Below, in pieces: positions 38,537 to 50,830 of a stretch of 64,000 nucleotides of DNA. The notes beneath the pieces were generated by a model that was given only the letters and a program-made list of their open reading frames with translations, made no database searches and was not told the DNA's origin. The DNA lies in contig NEEC01000023.1 of NCBI GenBank assembly GCA_002189035.1, positions 124,001-188,000 of the forward strand, in the 5' to 3' direction. This DNA comes from Utricularia gibba (Eukaryota; Plantae; Magnoliophyta). Made by a program: the position numbers and the translations under genes. Numbering within the stretch: the first letter of the stretch is position 1; every line of letters starts with the position of its first letter.

Positions 38537-40353
38537 TCAATAGAAAGGTGGGGGTGGGGGGGAGGCGTAAGATACTCCGATCACCGGAGGTAATGGACCT
38601 TGGAATGCAGGGGATGGGGGTGGAGGAGGGGAGTAATACAGGTACGGTGGGGGTGGTGAAGGTGATGGGGGAGGTTTGTAAATTGGTGGTTCTACACAGG
38701 GCAGCGGGGACGGTGGTGGAGGAGAGAGCAGGGGAGGCGGTGGGGATTGATATAGATAGATGGGGGGCGGTGGAGGCGGTGAACTGTAGTAGTAAGGAAC
38801 TGGAGGGGAGGTGATGGAACTGGCGGAGGAGGTGATGGAACTGGCGGAGGAGGTGGTGGAGGGGAATAAATTGGTGGGGGAGGCGATGGCGGTGGGGGTG
38901 AATAAACTGGTGGAGGAGGCGACGGTGGTGGGGGTGAATAGACTGGTGGAGGAGGCGACGGTGGTGGAGGGGAATAAATTGGTGGCGGAGGAGAATAAAC
39001 CGGTGGAGGAGGGAGAGAGTAAACCGGAGGTGGTGGCGATGGAGGCGGAGGGGAATAAATCGGAGGAGGGGGAGGTGGAGGCGGAGGTGGAGGCGGAGGT
39101 GGAGGTGGAGGCGGAGGCGGAGGCGAGGGGGGTGGAGGTGAGGGGACCGGCGGGGGTGGAGGTGAGGGACGAACAAAAGGCTTGCACTTGAAGGCACCAC
39201 AATGAAACCTCCTAGACAGAATTATCGAGCACTGAGATGCAGCCCTCTGTTTCGACCGAGCAGCCAAACAATTCTGCTGATCATCCACTGTCGCCAAATC
39301 CAAGCACACCGGCGGCTCTCCGGTGAAAAAGTTATACGAAAAGGTAAAATTCTCAAGATGAGGAAGCTCACAGACACTCGACGGAATCGTCCCAGTCAGA
39401 AAATTGTGGGCCACGTTCAACTGCTCTAAACTCTCCATTCCGCCGATGCTCTCCGGCAATGGTCCAACCAGATTATTGTAGCTTGCATCGAACACGGTCA
39501 CGTTCTTCAGAAGCCCAATCTCCGGCGGCAAGCACGATCTCAACCCACTGCTCATCAATATAATCTCATTCAACCTCGACATATTGCCAACACTCGCCGG
39601 AACGCAGCCATGGAACCCATTCGCCGCCGTGACGATGACGGAAACCGGCGAATTCCCAAAATTATCCGGTATCGTCGAGTTGAACCAATTGTGGTTGATG
39701 AAAATAGCATCTAGCGTCGGCTTATCGAAGAGCTCCGGCGGCACACTTCCTTCAAACTCATTATAACGAATGTCCAAGTACATTAACTGCGGCAAACTCA
39801 GAACAACACGTGGGAACTTCCCGGCGAACCTGTTGTTACTCAAATCAAGCTCAAACAGAATCTTCAAGTTCTCAAACTTTCTTGGAATTTTACCACAGAA
39901 ACGATTCGAATTAATGTGAAAAATCCCAAGATCTACAAGAAGACCCAACTCCTCCGGCAAATACCCAGCAATGTTCCCATGGTTCAAATCAATTCCAGCG
40001 ACTGTACGCACCGCCGGGTCATCAAGCGCCGCAGCACAGAAAACTCCCGTGTAGTTACAAACATCGGATCCAACCCAATTCTCAGTAAGATTCAAAGGAT
40101 CTGAAAGAATAGCCTCTTTCCACGCCTGCAACGCAATGTAAGCAGACCGAATCCTAGGGTTTTCAAAATGCAGAGAAGAATCAAGCGACACATTCTCCCC
40201 CCTGTCACCATACTCATCCAAGTAGTACAGCAGCTGCCTTTTCCTCACAAGCCCCGTCAATGGCCCATCCCCCAGCCCCCCAGCTTCACCCCAACAACAC
40301 AGAAAACCAAGAAACAACAGAAACGCAAACCTACAACAGTTACCAATCCTCAT
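38537..40353 (-). CDS. LRX: Leucine-rich repeat extensin (LRX3/4/5-like), with an apparent 1-nt frameshift near 38805
   Basis: Signal peptide, RKRQLLYY..EYGDRGE, AYIALQAWKEAILSDP, LRRs, Cys hinge and SPPPP repeats. The canonical tail GPLPPVIGVSYASPPPPPFY* is in a different frame. Confidence 0.92.
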
Positions 40354-43165
40354 CTCAGAGAAGCCCAGACATCATCAATCAAAACAAGAACACAACAAAT
40401 GCCACCACCTTTGGGCACCAAACAGAGCAAAAGACCTCGACCCAGAAGGCGCCCTCACGGCAAAGACACTTTGGAAGCCGAAGCGGCGCAATGGGGATCC
40501 GCAGTTAAGGAAAGAAGGGTTTTTTGTATGCGCTCCTGAAGTGGATTTGTGCGGAAGAAGAGCATTTTATTTTACAGCTAATCACAGCTCAGAGCTCGCC
40601 CCTCTTTACTTCCCCTCCATGCAACGCATTAACTCTTAACTCGCCCCATCGGTTGTTATTCTTATTTCTTAATAATAAATAAACTTGCATTTAATGCCCC
40701 GCTTGCTTTATTGCATATAATTAAATAAATTAATATTATCATTAAACGCAACCTTAATACCATGATGCCATTCAAACGCAAATAAAAACACCCATTCATC
40801 AATTTCTTATTATTAGTGAAACAAATCAATAAAATAGAGAAGAAAAGGAGGGACATTATTGAAAACAAATTTGTTTAATAAAATACTTATTTTGTGGTAA
40901 TATTAATATCTAATTTTAATAACAAAAATTTATATGAAATGTAGATATATCGTCAAATGCAATATAGAATAGATTTGGAACATCATTATCAAATTACTTC
41001 CAGTAAAGAAGTTAAAATCTAAAGGTTTGTTTGGGAATATTTCTAATTCTAGAAAATTATTTTATAAAATAAAATATTCTTTATTAAATATGAATGAATT
41101 TTACTCCACAAAATAACTGAATACCTACATCTTTGAATTGTTGGAATCATTTTTTTAGAAATTTTTAACACAATAAAATTTAATATTCACTCCTAAAAAA
41201 CTATTTGTGTTTCTGAAGGCAAGTAAGTCCAATTCAGTCACGCTCATTCCCAATCAATTCAACTCATAAATAAATACTAATTAAGATTTGATGGCCCGTT
41301 ATCATACCCCCTCTTTCATTGCTTCAATTTCCAGAATTTAATAAATAATAAAATCTAAATCAGTACATGTATGGGTACTGTTTTGTGTAAGTATAGGGAT
41401 ACTATAAATGGTAGTGAAACGTGTTTAAATAGAGTGACGTTTTTTTTATAAAGTAGAAAACACAAAAACATAAGAATTACATAAAAATATAGATCGTGAT
41501 ATTTGATATCAAAGTCAAATTATGATGTCTGCTAATATTAGAAAACACAAGGATGATGAATGACTACAGTATTGTGGGTATAACATAAAATGTGCTAGAT
41601 TAACAATCTATTTGAATTGAAGGTAAAAAGTAAATAAAAAAAGAAAAAGTATTTAATTATTTACCGTGGGTGTGGGGGAAGGACCACGATAAGGGAGTAG
41701 TTGTTTTTAATTATTTATTGTATTTTAGCTTTTGTTTTCGTGATAAAGAGAGTACCGAATTGAATAGACATCCTATCCTATCCTTGTTTACTTCCCTCCC
41801 ACGTGATTCAAATCAATGGCTCTGCTCTCCTCTCCGGTACGGTCGCGGTACTCCCTTTTTCTTTTCCAAAATCAAAATTCTTTTCCACCAAACTTTGATT
41901 TTCATTCGTCAACACCCCCAATGTCAATTCCTATTTCATACAGATTTCACTTATTTTATTCCGTATTCCCATTTCATAAAAATTATTCAAAAAAAGAGTA
42001 CAAAACATAGACTCATATAGACTCCACAACTCACCCTGCGCGGCATAGATGGAATGTATTAAAACAAATAATTTCATGTCGAGAAATAAAAATGAAATAT
42101 TTAAGCATATAAAAAATTATAAATCAATAGTAATTTGTTTAAGTTAATTCTTTTTATATAATTTATATATTTTTATATACTTGAATTTTAGGTGTTCAAT
42201 TGATTGGATCATAAATTTCAATATCCTCATTTTCCGCATCCCAAAGGAGAGGGAGGGAGTGATGAAGAGGATTTTAGAGGGAGGTGGGTGGTGTATGTAG
42301 TTAATCATCTTTAATTTCGCTGTCTTTCCTTTTCTTCCCGAGAATCTGTCTAGTGATCCCCCTCGTCGTTTTCATGGCCAGCTTTGGAGCTTTTTCTTTC
42401 AACGACGCCGAGGTCGAGCTCGCCTTTGAATGGAGAACTGAACAACCACTCCCATCTCGCCTCAATTCCAACCTGGATTTTCCACTCCACTCTTCATTCT
42501 CATGATAGCTCACATTTTACCATTTATATCTCTAAATTTTTATAATTCTTTTTTTTTTTTTAAAAAAGACCTGTTTCTAGAGCTTTCAAGTAATTGTGAT
42601 GTGGGAGAAGGTATGTTTTGTTTTTATAATTTCTAAAAGTGGTTTTTTTTTTTTTAATTTTGAAGATTTAATCTTTAATCGTTTGATAGTAAAATTAAAA
42701 ATCCAAATTCTATAATTAATTTCTGAAATTATTTAATTCTTGAATAAAAAATTAATTAAAAAATATTTTTTAATTTATTTTTAAAATACATTTATTTCAT
42801 AATTTTTAAAATATGTCATAAATTTTATAATATAATTTTATGTTATCTTGCAAAACAGTTTTATAATTATTCACATACTTTTAAAATTGATTCTATTCTA
42901 TATAATTCGAAATATAACTTCAAAAATTATGATGATTCATCCACTACACAGATCCATTTTCTTTGCGGGTACCGGTTCAACTGGTACGATCCCGGGGTTA
43001 ATCACCGGTTTGAAAACTTATTTTAAAAGCAGAGAAATTATTTCAAAAACCGGGCCAGATTTCTTGGGAAGCCCATAAAAGCACAATCTTTCTAGGCCCA
43101 ATATTTGAATTTTTCAGAACCCAAGAAGATAAAGAGAGGAGATACACCTTGAACCTTCAACGAGA

Positions 43166-44685
43166 ATGGCGACTCTGCATCTCCTTCTCTACTCTTCAGC
43201 TCCTGTTGCCTACAATACTACCAAATTCTCCGGTTTCGACACTCTGTTCGTGCGCCGTAAGGAGCCTCCTAGAGCCTCAAACGACGGCGCCTCCTCCACT
43301 TCCGCTGCAACCACCGTCAAGCGCGGCCGCAAGAAACCCCTCTCTGTTAACAAGAGGACAAAGGGGCCAGTAAAAAAATCTGCCGACTCCGAAAAAATTG
43401 ACGATGATGAGCTATCGGATTATGATGACGGGATCGATTTTCCGTACGATGATCCGCCGTTGGTGTGTTGTTTCGGTGCTGCGAAGAAGGAATTTATACC
43501 TACAGTTCGAGTTGCGCCGGAGCAGATGGATCCGGATATTTACTCCCAATGGAAAATGCTTCAGTGGAATCCGCCGGAGTTTGTGCGGGCTCCCGGAGGC
43601 CCACCCTCGAATGTCGCCATTGCACATGTGCGGCTGGGTGGCCGTGCTGCGTTTATGGGTAAGCTTGGAAAAGATGATTTTGGCGATGAATTGCTGTTGA
43701 TGATGAATAAGGAGAAAGTTCAGACACGGGGTGTGCGAATTGATGATCAATTTAGAACTGCTTGTAGTTTTATGAAGATTAGGGTTGAAGAAGGCAGAAT
43801 GTGGGCCGAGAACTCAAAGGATTCCGCAGAGGATTCCTTAGTATCATCTGAGCTGAACCTCGCCGTCCTCAAAGAGGTAATCCAGACCTTCAGTTTTTCG
43901 AATGCCTGTTTCAAAATCTACTCGAGTGTGCTTGATGAACTTCTGAACTCCGTTTTCTGAACTTTTTTGGTGATCATTTCTTCCTTTTCCAGGCCAGGAT
44001 GTTCCATTTCAACTCCGAAGTGCTTACATCACCTTCAATGCGGCGCACCTTGTTCAAAGCGATAGCAAGATCAAAAAGCTTCGGTGGCCTCATATTCTTC
44101 GACTTGAATCTGCCATTACAATTGTGGGAGTCACGAGATGCAACCCGGGACCTGATAAACGAAGCCTGGGAGAAAGCAGACATCATCGAGTTAACAAGAC
44201 AAGAACTGGAGTTTCTCCTAGATGAACAGCACTACGAAAGAAAAAGGAAATACAGGGCTGAATACTACGCCGATAACTATGAGCAAACCAAGAGCCGAAG
44301 GAACTACTATCACTACACCCGCGATGAGATATCCCCGTTGTGGCACGGTGGATTGAAGCTGCTGCTAGTTACAGACGGGACTCTGCGAATCCACTACTAC
44401 TCCCCCGATTTCGATGGGGTCGTTGTTGGGACGGAGGACGTGCTGATAACACCATATACCTGCGATAGAACTGGCTCCGGGGATGCGCTTGTTGCTGGGA
44501 TCATGAGGAAGCTCATGTCGCACCAGGAAATGTTTGAGAACGAGGATGTGTTGCAGAGGCAACTCCGATTCGCCATCGCCGCCGGGATCATAGCCCAGTG
44601 GACGATCGGAGGCGTGCGGGGTTTTCCGACGGAGAGTGCTACTCAGAACCTCAAGGAGCAGGTTTATGTGCCTTCTATGTGGTAG
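43166..44685 (+). CDS. FLN1: Fructokinase-like 1 (PEP-associated pfkB protein), one intron (~43877-43992)
   Basis: DDGIDFPYDDPPLVCCFGA, QWNPPEFVRAPGGPPSNVA, CDRTGSGDALVAG, and ATQNLKEQVYVPSMW*. Confidence 0.95.
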
Positions 44686-44895
44686 CCACGCGCTGGCAAC
44701 TCCACTTCTTGTATTATTAGAATATTGAATAATATTCATATTAAAATTTTAATTAATTTCGTAATTTTTTATTTAAAATCTGGGTATAAAAATTGTATAT
44801 AATTAAATTGAAAAGTAGAAAAATATGCGATTGGATTTGCGCTTCTGGATCGAAGCCTTGGGGACGAAGCAGAGAGTTGTTGGTTAGGGCAGAAG

Positions 44896-45606
44896 ATGGT
44901 GAAGGTGGCTTCCTTCTTTGCGATGTCGTTCGGCGCTTTTCTTTTCTTCCAGACAATGGACAAGGTCCATGTTTGGATGGCTCTTCGCGCGGATGAGCAG
45001 GTGTGTGATTTGACTTCCCGTCCCATTTCTAGAGTGTATATGTTCATTGATTTGTGATGGGTATTTGATGCGGTAGTGAATCTTTGATTCAATTTGAGGA
45101 GGGGTTTCAATAGGAAAGTTCTATATCCCCGCCGATTGGAAGATAGGGCTTCGGTGCTTCATTCTGAAGCCGCTTCACTTTTTCACCTATTTTACATCGA
45201 CTTGGATTGGGGGTTGTTATGGTTTTATTTTGATGCGGGGGATGATTAAGTTTTCAAATTATGTCGTTTTAGGATTTTTTTTGTTTGAATTAATCCACAA
45301 GCATGGAATTGTGGAGCTTTTTAGGCACTCTTTTCGTCCACAGTTAAGAGGAATGGGATCGGGGATTGTTTTCTGCCCAATGCTTGGCGCTGCTTCTAAT
45401 CTGGTTGTGATTGTTTTAGTCGCGATAGTCGATAGGGGCTTCTTCTAGCATTTTTCAGAGCTGTAGTGTTTGGTGCCAAAGGTTACTCCTTGTTATCAGT
45501 TGCTCCAATTCTAATGCAGAGGGAGAAAATTGAGAGAGAGGCAGAGATAAAGCGAATGAGGGAAGAATTGTACCAGGAACAGAGAGAGAAAGGGCCTCTT
45601 GCCTGA
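44896..45606 (+). CDS. 63-aa mitochondrial complex I accessory subunit (At1g67785-like, recalled as SGDH/NDUFB5 counterpart), 2 exons
   Basis: Exons 44896-45000 and 45520-45606 give MVKVASFFAMSFGAFLFFQTMDKVHVWMALRADEQREKIEREAEIKRMREELYQEQREKGPLA*. This matches the recalled F.FWQSMDKVHVWIAL...EAE.RR.R.EL...PLA pattern. Confidence 0.8.
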
Positions 45607-46270
45607 GCGGCTTGCTGCAAGATGTTAGAACTCGGTTAAGCCTGTAATAGACTTGTGGTCTACTTATTTTGACGTTTGAGTGGCAAAATCGTGACCCATC
45701 ATAGAGCTGATGATGAAAATGGCTTGTTGGCTCTCTTGATCATCATCCTGAAAATGGTTTACCTACTTGTTCATGGATGTCTTGGAGTTTGATCAGTATT
45801 GTGGCGTGAAACCTTGGCTGATCTTTAATAATATGCCTCATTTGCTTATTCTACTAGTGGCTTTGGTTGCCTATTTCTTCTTTCTATCATTGTTTTTTTT
45901 TCAGGGTGTGCCTCATTAGTAGCCAAAAGGCCTTGCTATATAAGCAACAGATATGAGTTTCTTTCTACTCGTTCACTGTTGAAGCTGCAAGGATCACTGC
46001 GAGTGAGTAGCAGGGACCATTTGCACAATTATTATGTACTTCTCATCATTATGTTGGTGCGAGTCTTTTATCGTGTAACACTGCAGCAATTCATGGTGCA
46101 TTGAAAATGGAAACAGTGACAGCCGGCCAGTCTCTGCGGTTCCCACTGCAGGGCATGTGCTGAAATATGGCATTAACGTTCGTGCATTATCTTCAAAACA
46201 GAGGAGATGGTTTGAACTACAAAGCAATTGGGATGTAAACATCACACACAACAGGTGTTTTCTGTAGGCT

Positions 46271-47591
46271 TCAAATCCGGTAACCAGTGAACTGTTTCTG
46301 CAGTCTCTCGTTATCTTCGAGCAGTCTATCGTACTCGAGGAAAAGTTCATGCTTTGTTTTCCTGAGAGCTTCTATTTCAGATTCAGCAGATTCAAATCTC
46401 TTTTCCTTCTCATCTGATTCCAGCTTCAGCTTCTTCAAATTCTCTGTCAAACCAGATACTTCATTTCTTAGTTGCCTGACTTCAGCAGCAGCTCTTTCCC
46501 CTTTCTCCTTCAGCTGTAACTTCTCTTTTTCAAGCCTCTCCACAACATCCTTCGACACTCCGGAGTTGCTCCTCAGTTTTATGAGTTTATGCATGTAGTG
46601 GTGGATGCGATCGATCAAAAATCCAAGGAAAAGAGTAAATCCTGCAACATCAGCATCCTTATGCTCAAAGAACCAGTTTCTAAGATCAATGAAGACCGGC
46701 TCACGCTTATAACACTATTTCTCAAGCAAGCAAACAGTGGACTCGTATCAACACAAAAAACATACAAAAGTAGTGAAGGGGATCTTAACACGACCCCTTC
46801 ACCAAATTCACAGCACAAACTTTCTTGATATTCTAGGGCTTGTTCTGAGCTTAACTTGCTTTAAGCATGAATCAATTGATGAATAATATAACAACGACAA
46901 AGGAGATGAATCAAAGATTCGAATAGGAATCATAAGCACCAAGCCATCCGAATAACATCATAATGGAAAACTTATCAGTACAGAGAACTAGCATCAAGAC
47001 ATGCCAAGCAAGGCAAAAAAATCAAGGTTTAACAGCAATTCATGACTACATAATTGAAGCCCACATGAACTAAAGTAAAGTTAAGGGAATGGGGATTTAC
47101 CAATACAAGATAGCTTCAGCCAAATAATAAACGAGAAGGTTCAAGATTTAGTAGCACAAATCACAAGAGGGTATGAAGGAAACTAATGCCATCCAAAGTA
47201 ACGATGAAAAAAATGACAAATTTATCAGCACAGGCGAGCAACAGCATCCTCAAGAAAACAGGCAAGAGTGCAGGTGATGAACCAAGAAGCCAAATTTTGG
47301 CAGCAGCTCACCCATGAGAGTAGCCTCGAGCAAATTGGTCCTCCAGAGAACTTGATCCATGGGAGTCATGGTGCCATGTTTTGCACCCTTGTTTTGAATC
47401 TTGAGAATGCTGAACAAATTTGATAGAAGAATAGTGAAAATGGTACCAGCAATCGTCAAAACCGTGGCCTTTCTCATCTTTACTTGATCCAAACATTTCA
47501 TTACCAAATCCCTAAAAGGCCCTATTTTCACCACTAAAAGAAACGCCGCCACACCCTCTGAGCAGACAACCAAGAAGAACAAGGGAATCAT
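46271..47591 (-). CDS. B-cell receptor-associated protein 31 (BAP31)-like ER membrane protein, 2 exons
   Basis: MIPLFFLVVCSEG..AFLL.VKIGPFRDLV, IQNKGAKHGTMTPMDQVLWRTNLLEATLMG|FTLFLGFLIDRIHHY, coiled coil ending LEYDRLLEDN. Confidence 0.9.
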
Positions 47592-48697
47592 CTTCCGTTT
47601 ACTCAATGAAGATCAACTACGGTTGAATCCCACAACACTTTCTAGAGGGAACTTTCTTCTAAAACACCATCAATCGAAATCAATAAACCCTTATAAAAAA
47701 AAGGTACTTCAGTCCTCAACAACGATACGGAGCAACAGATGAAAAAAGGAAGGATTTTAAATCTTCCAACATATAAGCAAGATAGGGGAAATGAGACTGG
47801 GGAGGAATTAAAGCTACAGTCTGCAAGACATCTAGGCGCCAACAAATTTAATGCGTCTACGAATTCTAACTCATTAACACTTTGACTGCAAATCCCAACT
47901 CATTAACCCCAGAAAAAGAAAAAAAAAACACAACGGCAGCTGGAGATCTGCAAAAAGCAGACACCAACAGAGGTGAATACCACTGCGATTCTTTTCTCAA
48001 TCAGGCAGTGTACATTACACAATTGACGCTACAAAGCAGAAGCAGAGGTCTTTCGTTTCCGCCACTGCGACAGGAGGGGTTTAATGGAGGAATTTAGCGT
48101 CCAGCGCTGCCGGCGAGCGTCCTCGCGCCGGCGGCGTGTGGGAGTATTCCCCACTCCGGCCCAATACTTGTCCAATGTAGGTCGGCCCAAAAGACCTTTG
48201 CTCCATTGTACGTGTGCGGAATAAAAATTTAAAGAAAAAAAAAACTATGTAATAATCATCTTTTCATTTTAATCATATAATATGTATTTATTTAAATATA
48301 ATTACTTTAATTATATTATTAATTAAAATATACTGTAAAGTGTAAATCACCTACACGTTGTATTAGCTATCTTTTTGAACAGTTTGGTCAAATTCTATGT
48401 ATCGAGGTAAAAAGGCTTAAAAGGTTAAAAAAGCTGAGGACTTCGAAGGAAAATTTCATGAGAAACTTGGTGACGACGAAGGGGAATAGTCAACGGCAAC
48501 CGGTGGTTCCGGTCAAGCAATGATGAAGGCTTTTCGACGATCTCTTCTTCTTCCTCGTTCTTTTAACACCATCCCTTCTTCTCAGCTTTTCATTTCTCAT
48601 CTTACAGTTGTTTTCTTGAGCTTCTTATATTGAAGCTCTTTTCGATCTGTAGCCCGTTGTTTCTAGGTTTTCATTCTCCCGTCTCCTCAAAGAAAGA

Positions 48698-50251
48698 ATG
48701 GCTGTAAGTATTCTATCCCCAACAGTTCTCCATCTATATTTCCATTACTTTGTGTACGAAGTTCATAGTTGAAGCTTTCTGGTTTATGGGTTTTGGTTTT
48801 TAGTTGTTTTTTTGTTGCGATGGTGAATGGATTCAGCGGTTCTTAGAATTTGCTTTCGTGGGTCTTAGTCCTATTCTGGATACTAATTCTTTGTTTACTT
48901 CGAAACCTAGATTCGCGGTTATCGACATAGAGAATAAGCTGTTTCCTGTTAGCTGCTAATGATGAGCTATGGCTGTGTTAACTTCTATATTTGAGCTGTG
49001 TGTAAGAAATCAAGGGTTTATTGATTCACTTTGGGGTAGTTTTGCAACTAAAGAGTGGCTATGAATGAATACCTGAGGATTGTTGCAAAAATTTATATTT
49101 TAAATGTTTGCATATTCAATCAAGATCTTCTTGCTTTGATGGGAATGATGTTTGATCCTTTTCTGTTTTTCTGATACAGAGTTCGAATGTGCCTGAGTTT
49201 GGAAAATGGGATAAAGAAGAAAACGTTCCGTACACAATGTATTTTGATAATGCTCGCAAGACTCGAGGTGGGAAGATCATTAATCCCAGTGATCCACCAT
49301 ATCAGACAGAAATGCAACCGAATGTTACACCAAAGCCAATAACCAAGCACGAGGAATCAGTTGGAGGAGATGGAGATTTCAGGCGTTCTCCTGGCTTTAA
49401 GGATGCTAAGGAGTCGAGTTATGGCCGTCATTCACCTCGGCCTGCTCGCCCTTCAAATGAGATGTCTCCACTTCATCCCCAGCAAGCTCGTTCCCCACGT
49501 CTTGTTGTAGCTCCTGAGTCTCCAGTTCATCATATGCAAGCCCGTTACCCGAAGCCGAATCTGGGAACTTATGAGGGCATTGAGAAGTCTCCTGTTCATC
49601 CACAGCAAATCCGCCATGTCCCACGTGGTGGTACATCTCCTCTCATAGAGGGAAGAGACAGGGATGGTTCCAATGGCCGCAATGGAAGACCCCGACTGTC
49701 TCAGAGCAAGGTAAGGTTGCCATTCATCCCACTTTGCAACTTTGAAACTCCTTTCTAACATCTGCTGGGCACCATTATTCTTCAGAATGATCAAGGGACA
49801 ACTGTTCCACGATTTGGACAATGGAATGATAAGGATCAGCCGACTGAAAACTACAGTAGCATATTCGAGAAAGTTCGAGAGGAGAAGTATTCACTTGCTG
49901 GAACAACTCCAAAGCACTCTTATAACAGTGGCCAAGGCTCTTCCAATGCCAATGAACCTAAGGTTAGTTCTCCAATTTCTGCTTCTGCAAGGTGTGCTTT
50001 ATTTCCAGATGATAACTAGCTTGCTTAGTCTGTGTTGGCTGTTATGTTGCCAACTCTCCTGCTACAGAACTAACCATAAAAACTCGAAACACTCGGTATT
50101 AGTGCTACTCCATAAGGTGATAATCCTATACAAGCAATGCTTTCACCAAGTGTGTGGTAACACCAACATGTGATTTTTCTTACACAAGTATCTGGTTGCT
50201 GAGTTGTGGATTTTGGTGTTGCAGAAAATGTGCGGCTGCTTTCCCTGGTGA
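48698..50251 (+). CDS. RIN4: RPM1-interacting protein 4 (RIN4)/NOI-family protein, 4 exons
   Basis: Exons 48698-48703, 49180-49710, ~49786-49960 and 50225-50251. N-NOI VPEFGKW...[22 protein letters not shown]...[12 protein letters not shown], and C-terminal acylation motif MCGCFPW*. Confidence 0.88.
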
Positions 50252-50830
50252 TTTAAACAGAGCGCGCTGGGGATACGATTCATTTATTCTGAACATATCC
50301 TGTGGTTTGATAAATACCATCAATTGTCTGGTGTTTTGTATTATTTCGTCTCTGTGGGTATGGCATTACTACTAAGACTTGGGATTGCGTTGTTTGCACT
50401 TGAAACTGCTGCCGCTGTACATTGCTCCATAAAAAAGCATTTCTGCATAACCAGTGGCGATTTGCAGTCCTTCGCAGCACAGGGTAAACAGTTTGATTTG
50501 GCAGGGAGGAGACATTTGAAGAGTATAAAAGACATGAAATGCATCCAAGAGAGCTCAACTTTAGCGTTTTCATCAATGGGGAGCAACAGGCTTCTCTTCT
50601 GCCAGAAAATCTTCCAACTCTTCCCCTGTCTGAACAAAAGATACTATTAATGCTTACTCTAAATCATTATCACAATGCGAGCGGATCATTGTTCCAAAAC
50701 AAGGTATGAAATAGAATGATGCACCGATCTATAAAGATCTCACACATGGATTCCTTCCTTGCACCATCCAACCCAACTTCCACAAATATGCATACTGGTA
50801 ACTGGTAAGCTAAAGCAGATAAATATACTA

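Noticed and set aside
38379-40539. Long plus-strand and alternate-frame ORFs over LRX (e.g., 38379-39200, 38811-39191)
   Set aside because: Shadow ORFs produced by the low-complexity (CCN)n extensin repeat and GC-rich codons; no independent signals.
41846-42256. Possible Stowaway MITE (TACTCCCT... GGAGGGAGT)
   Set aside because: The termini are not reciprocal matches and there is no TA target-site duplication at the right end.
42960-43020. ACCGGTT...ACCGGTTTGAAAAC resembling a hAT MITE end
   Set aside because: Only one degraded terminus; no partner terminus or target-site duplication.
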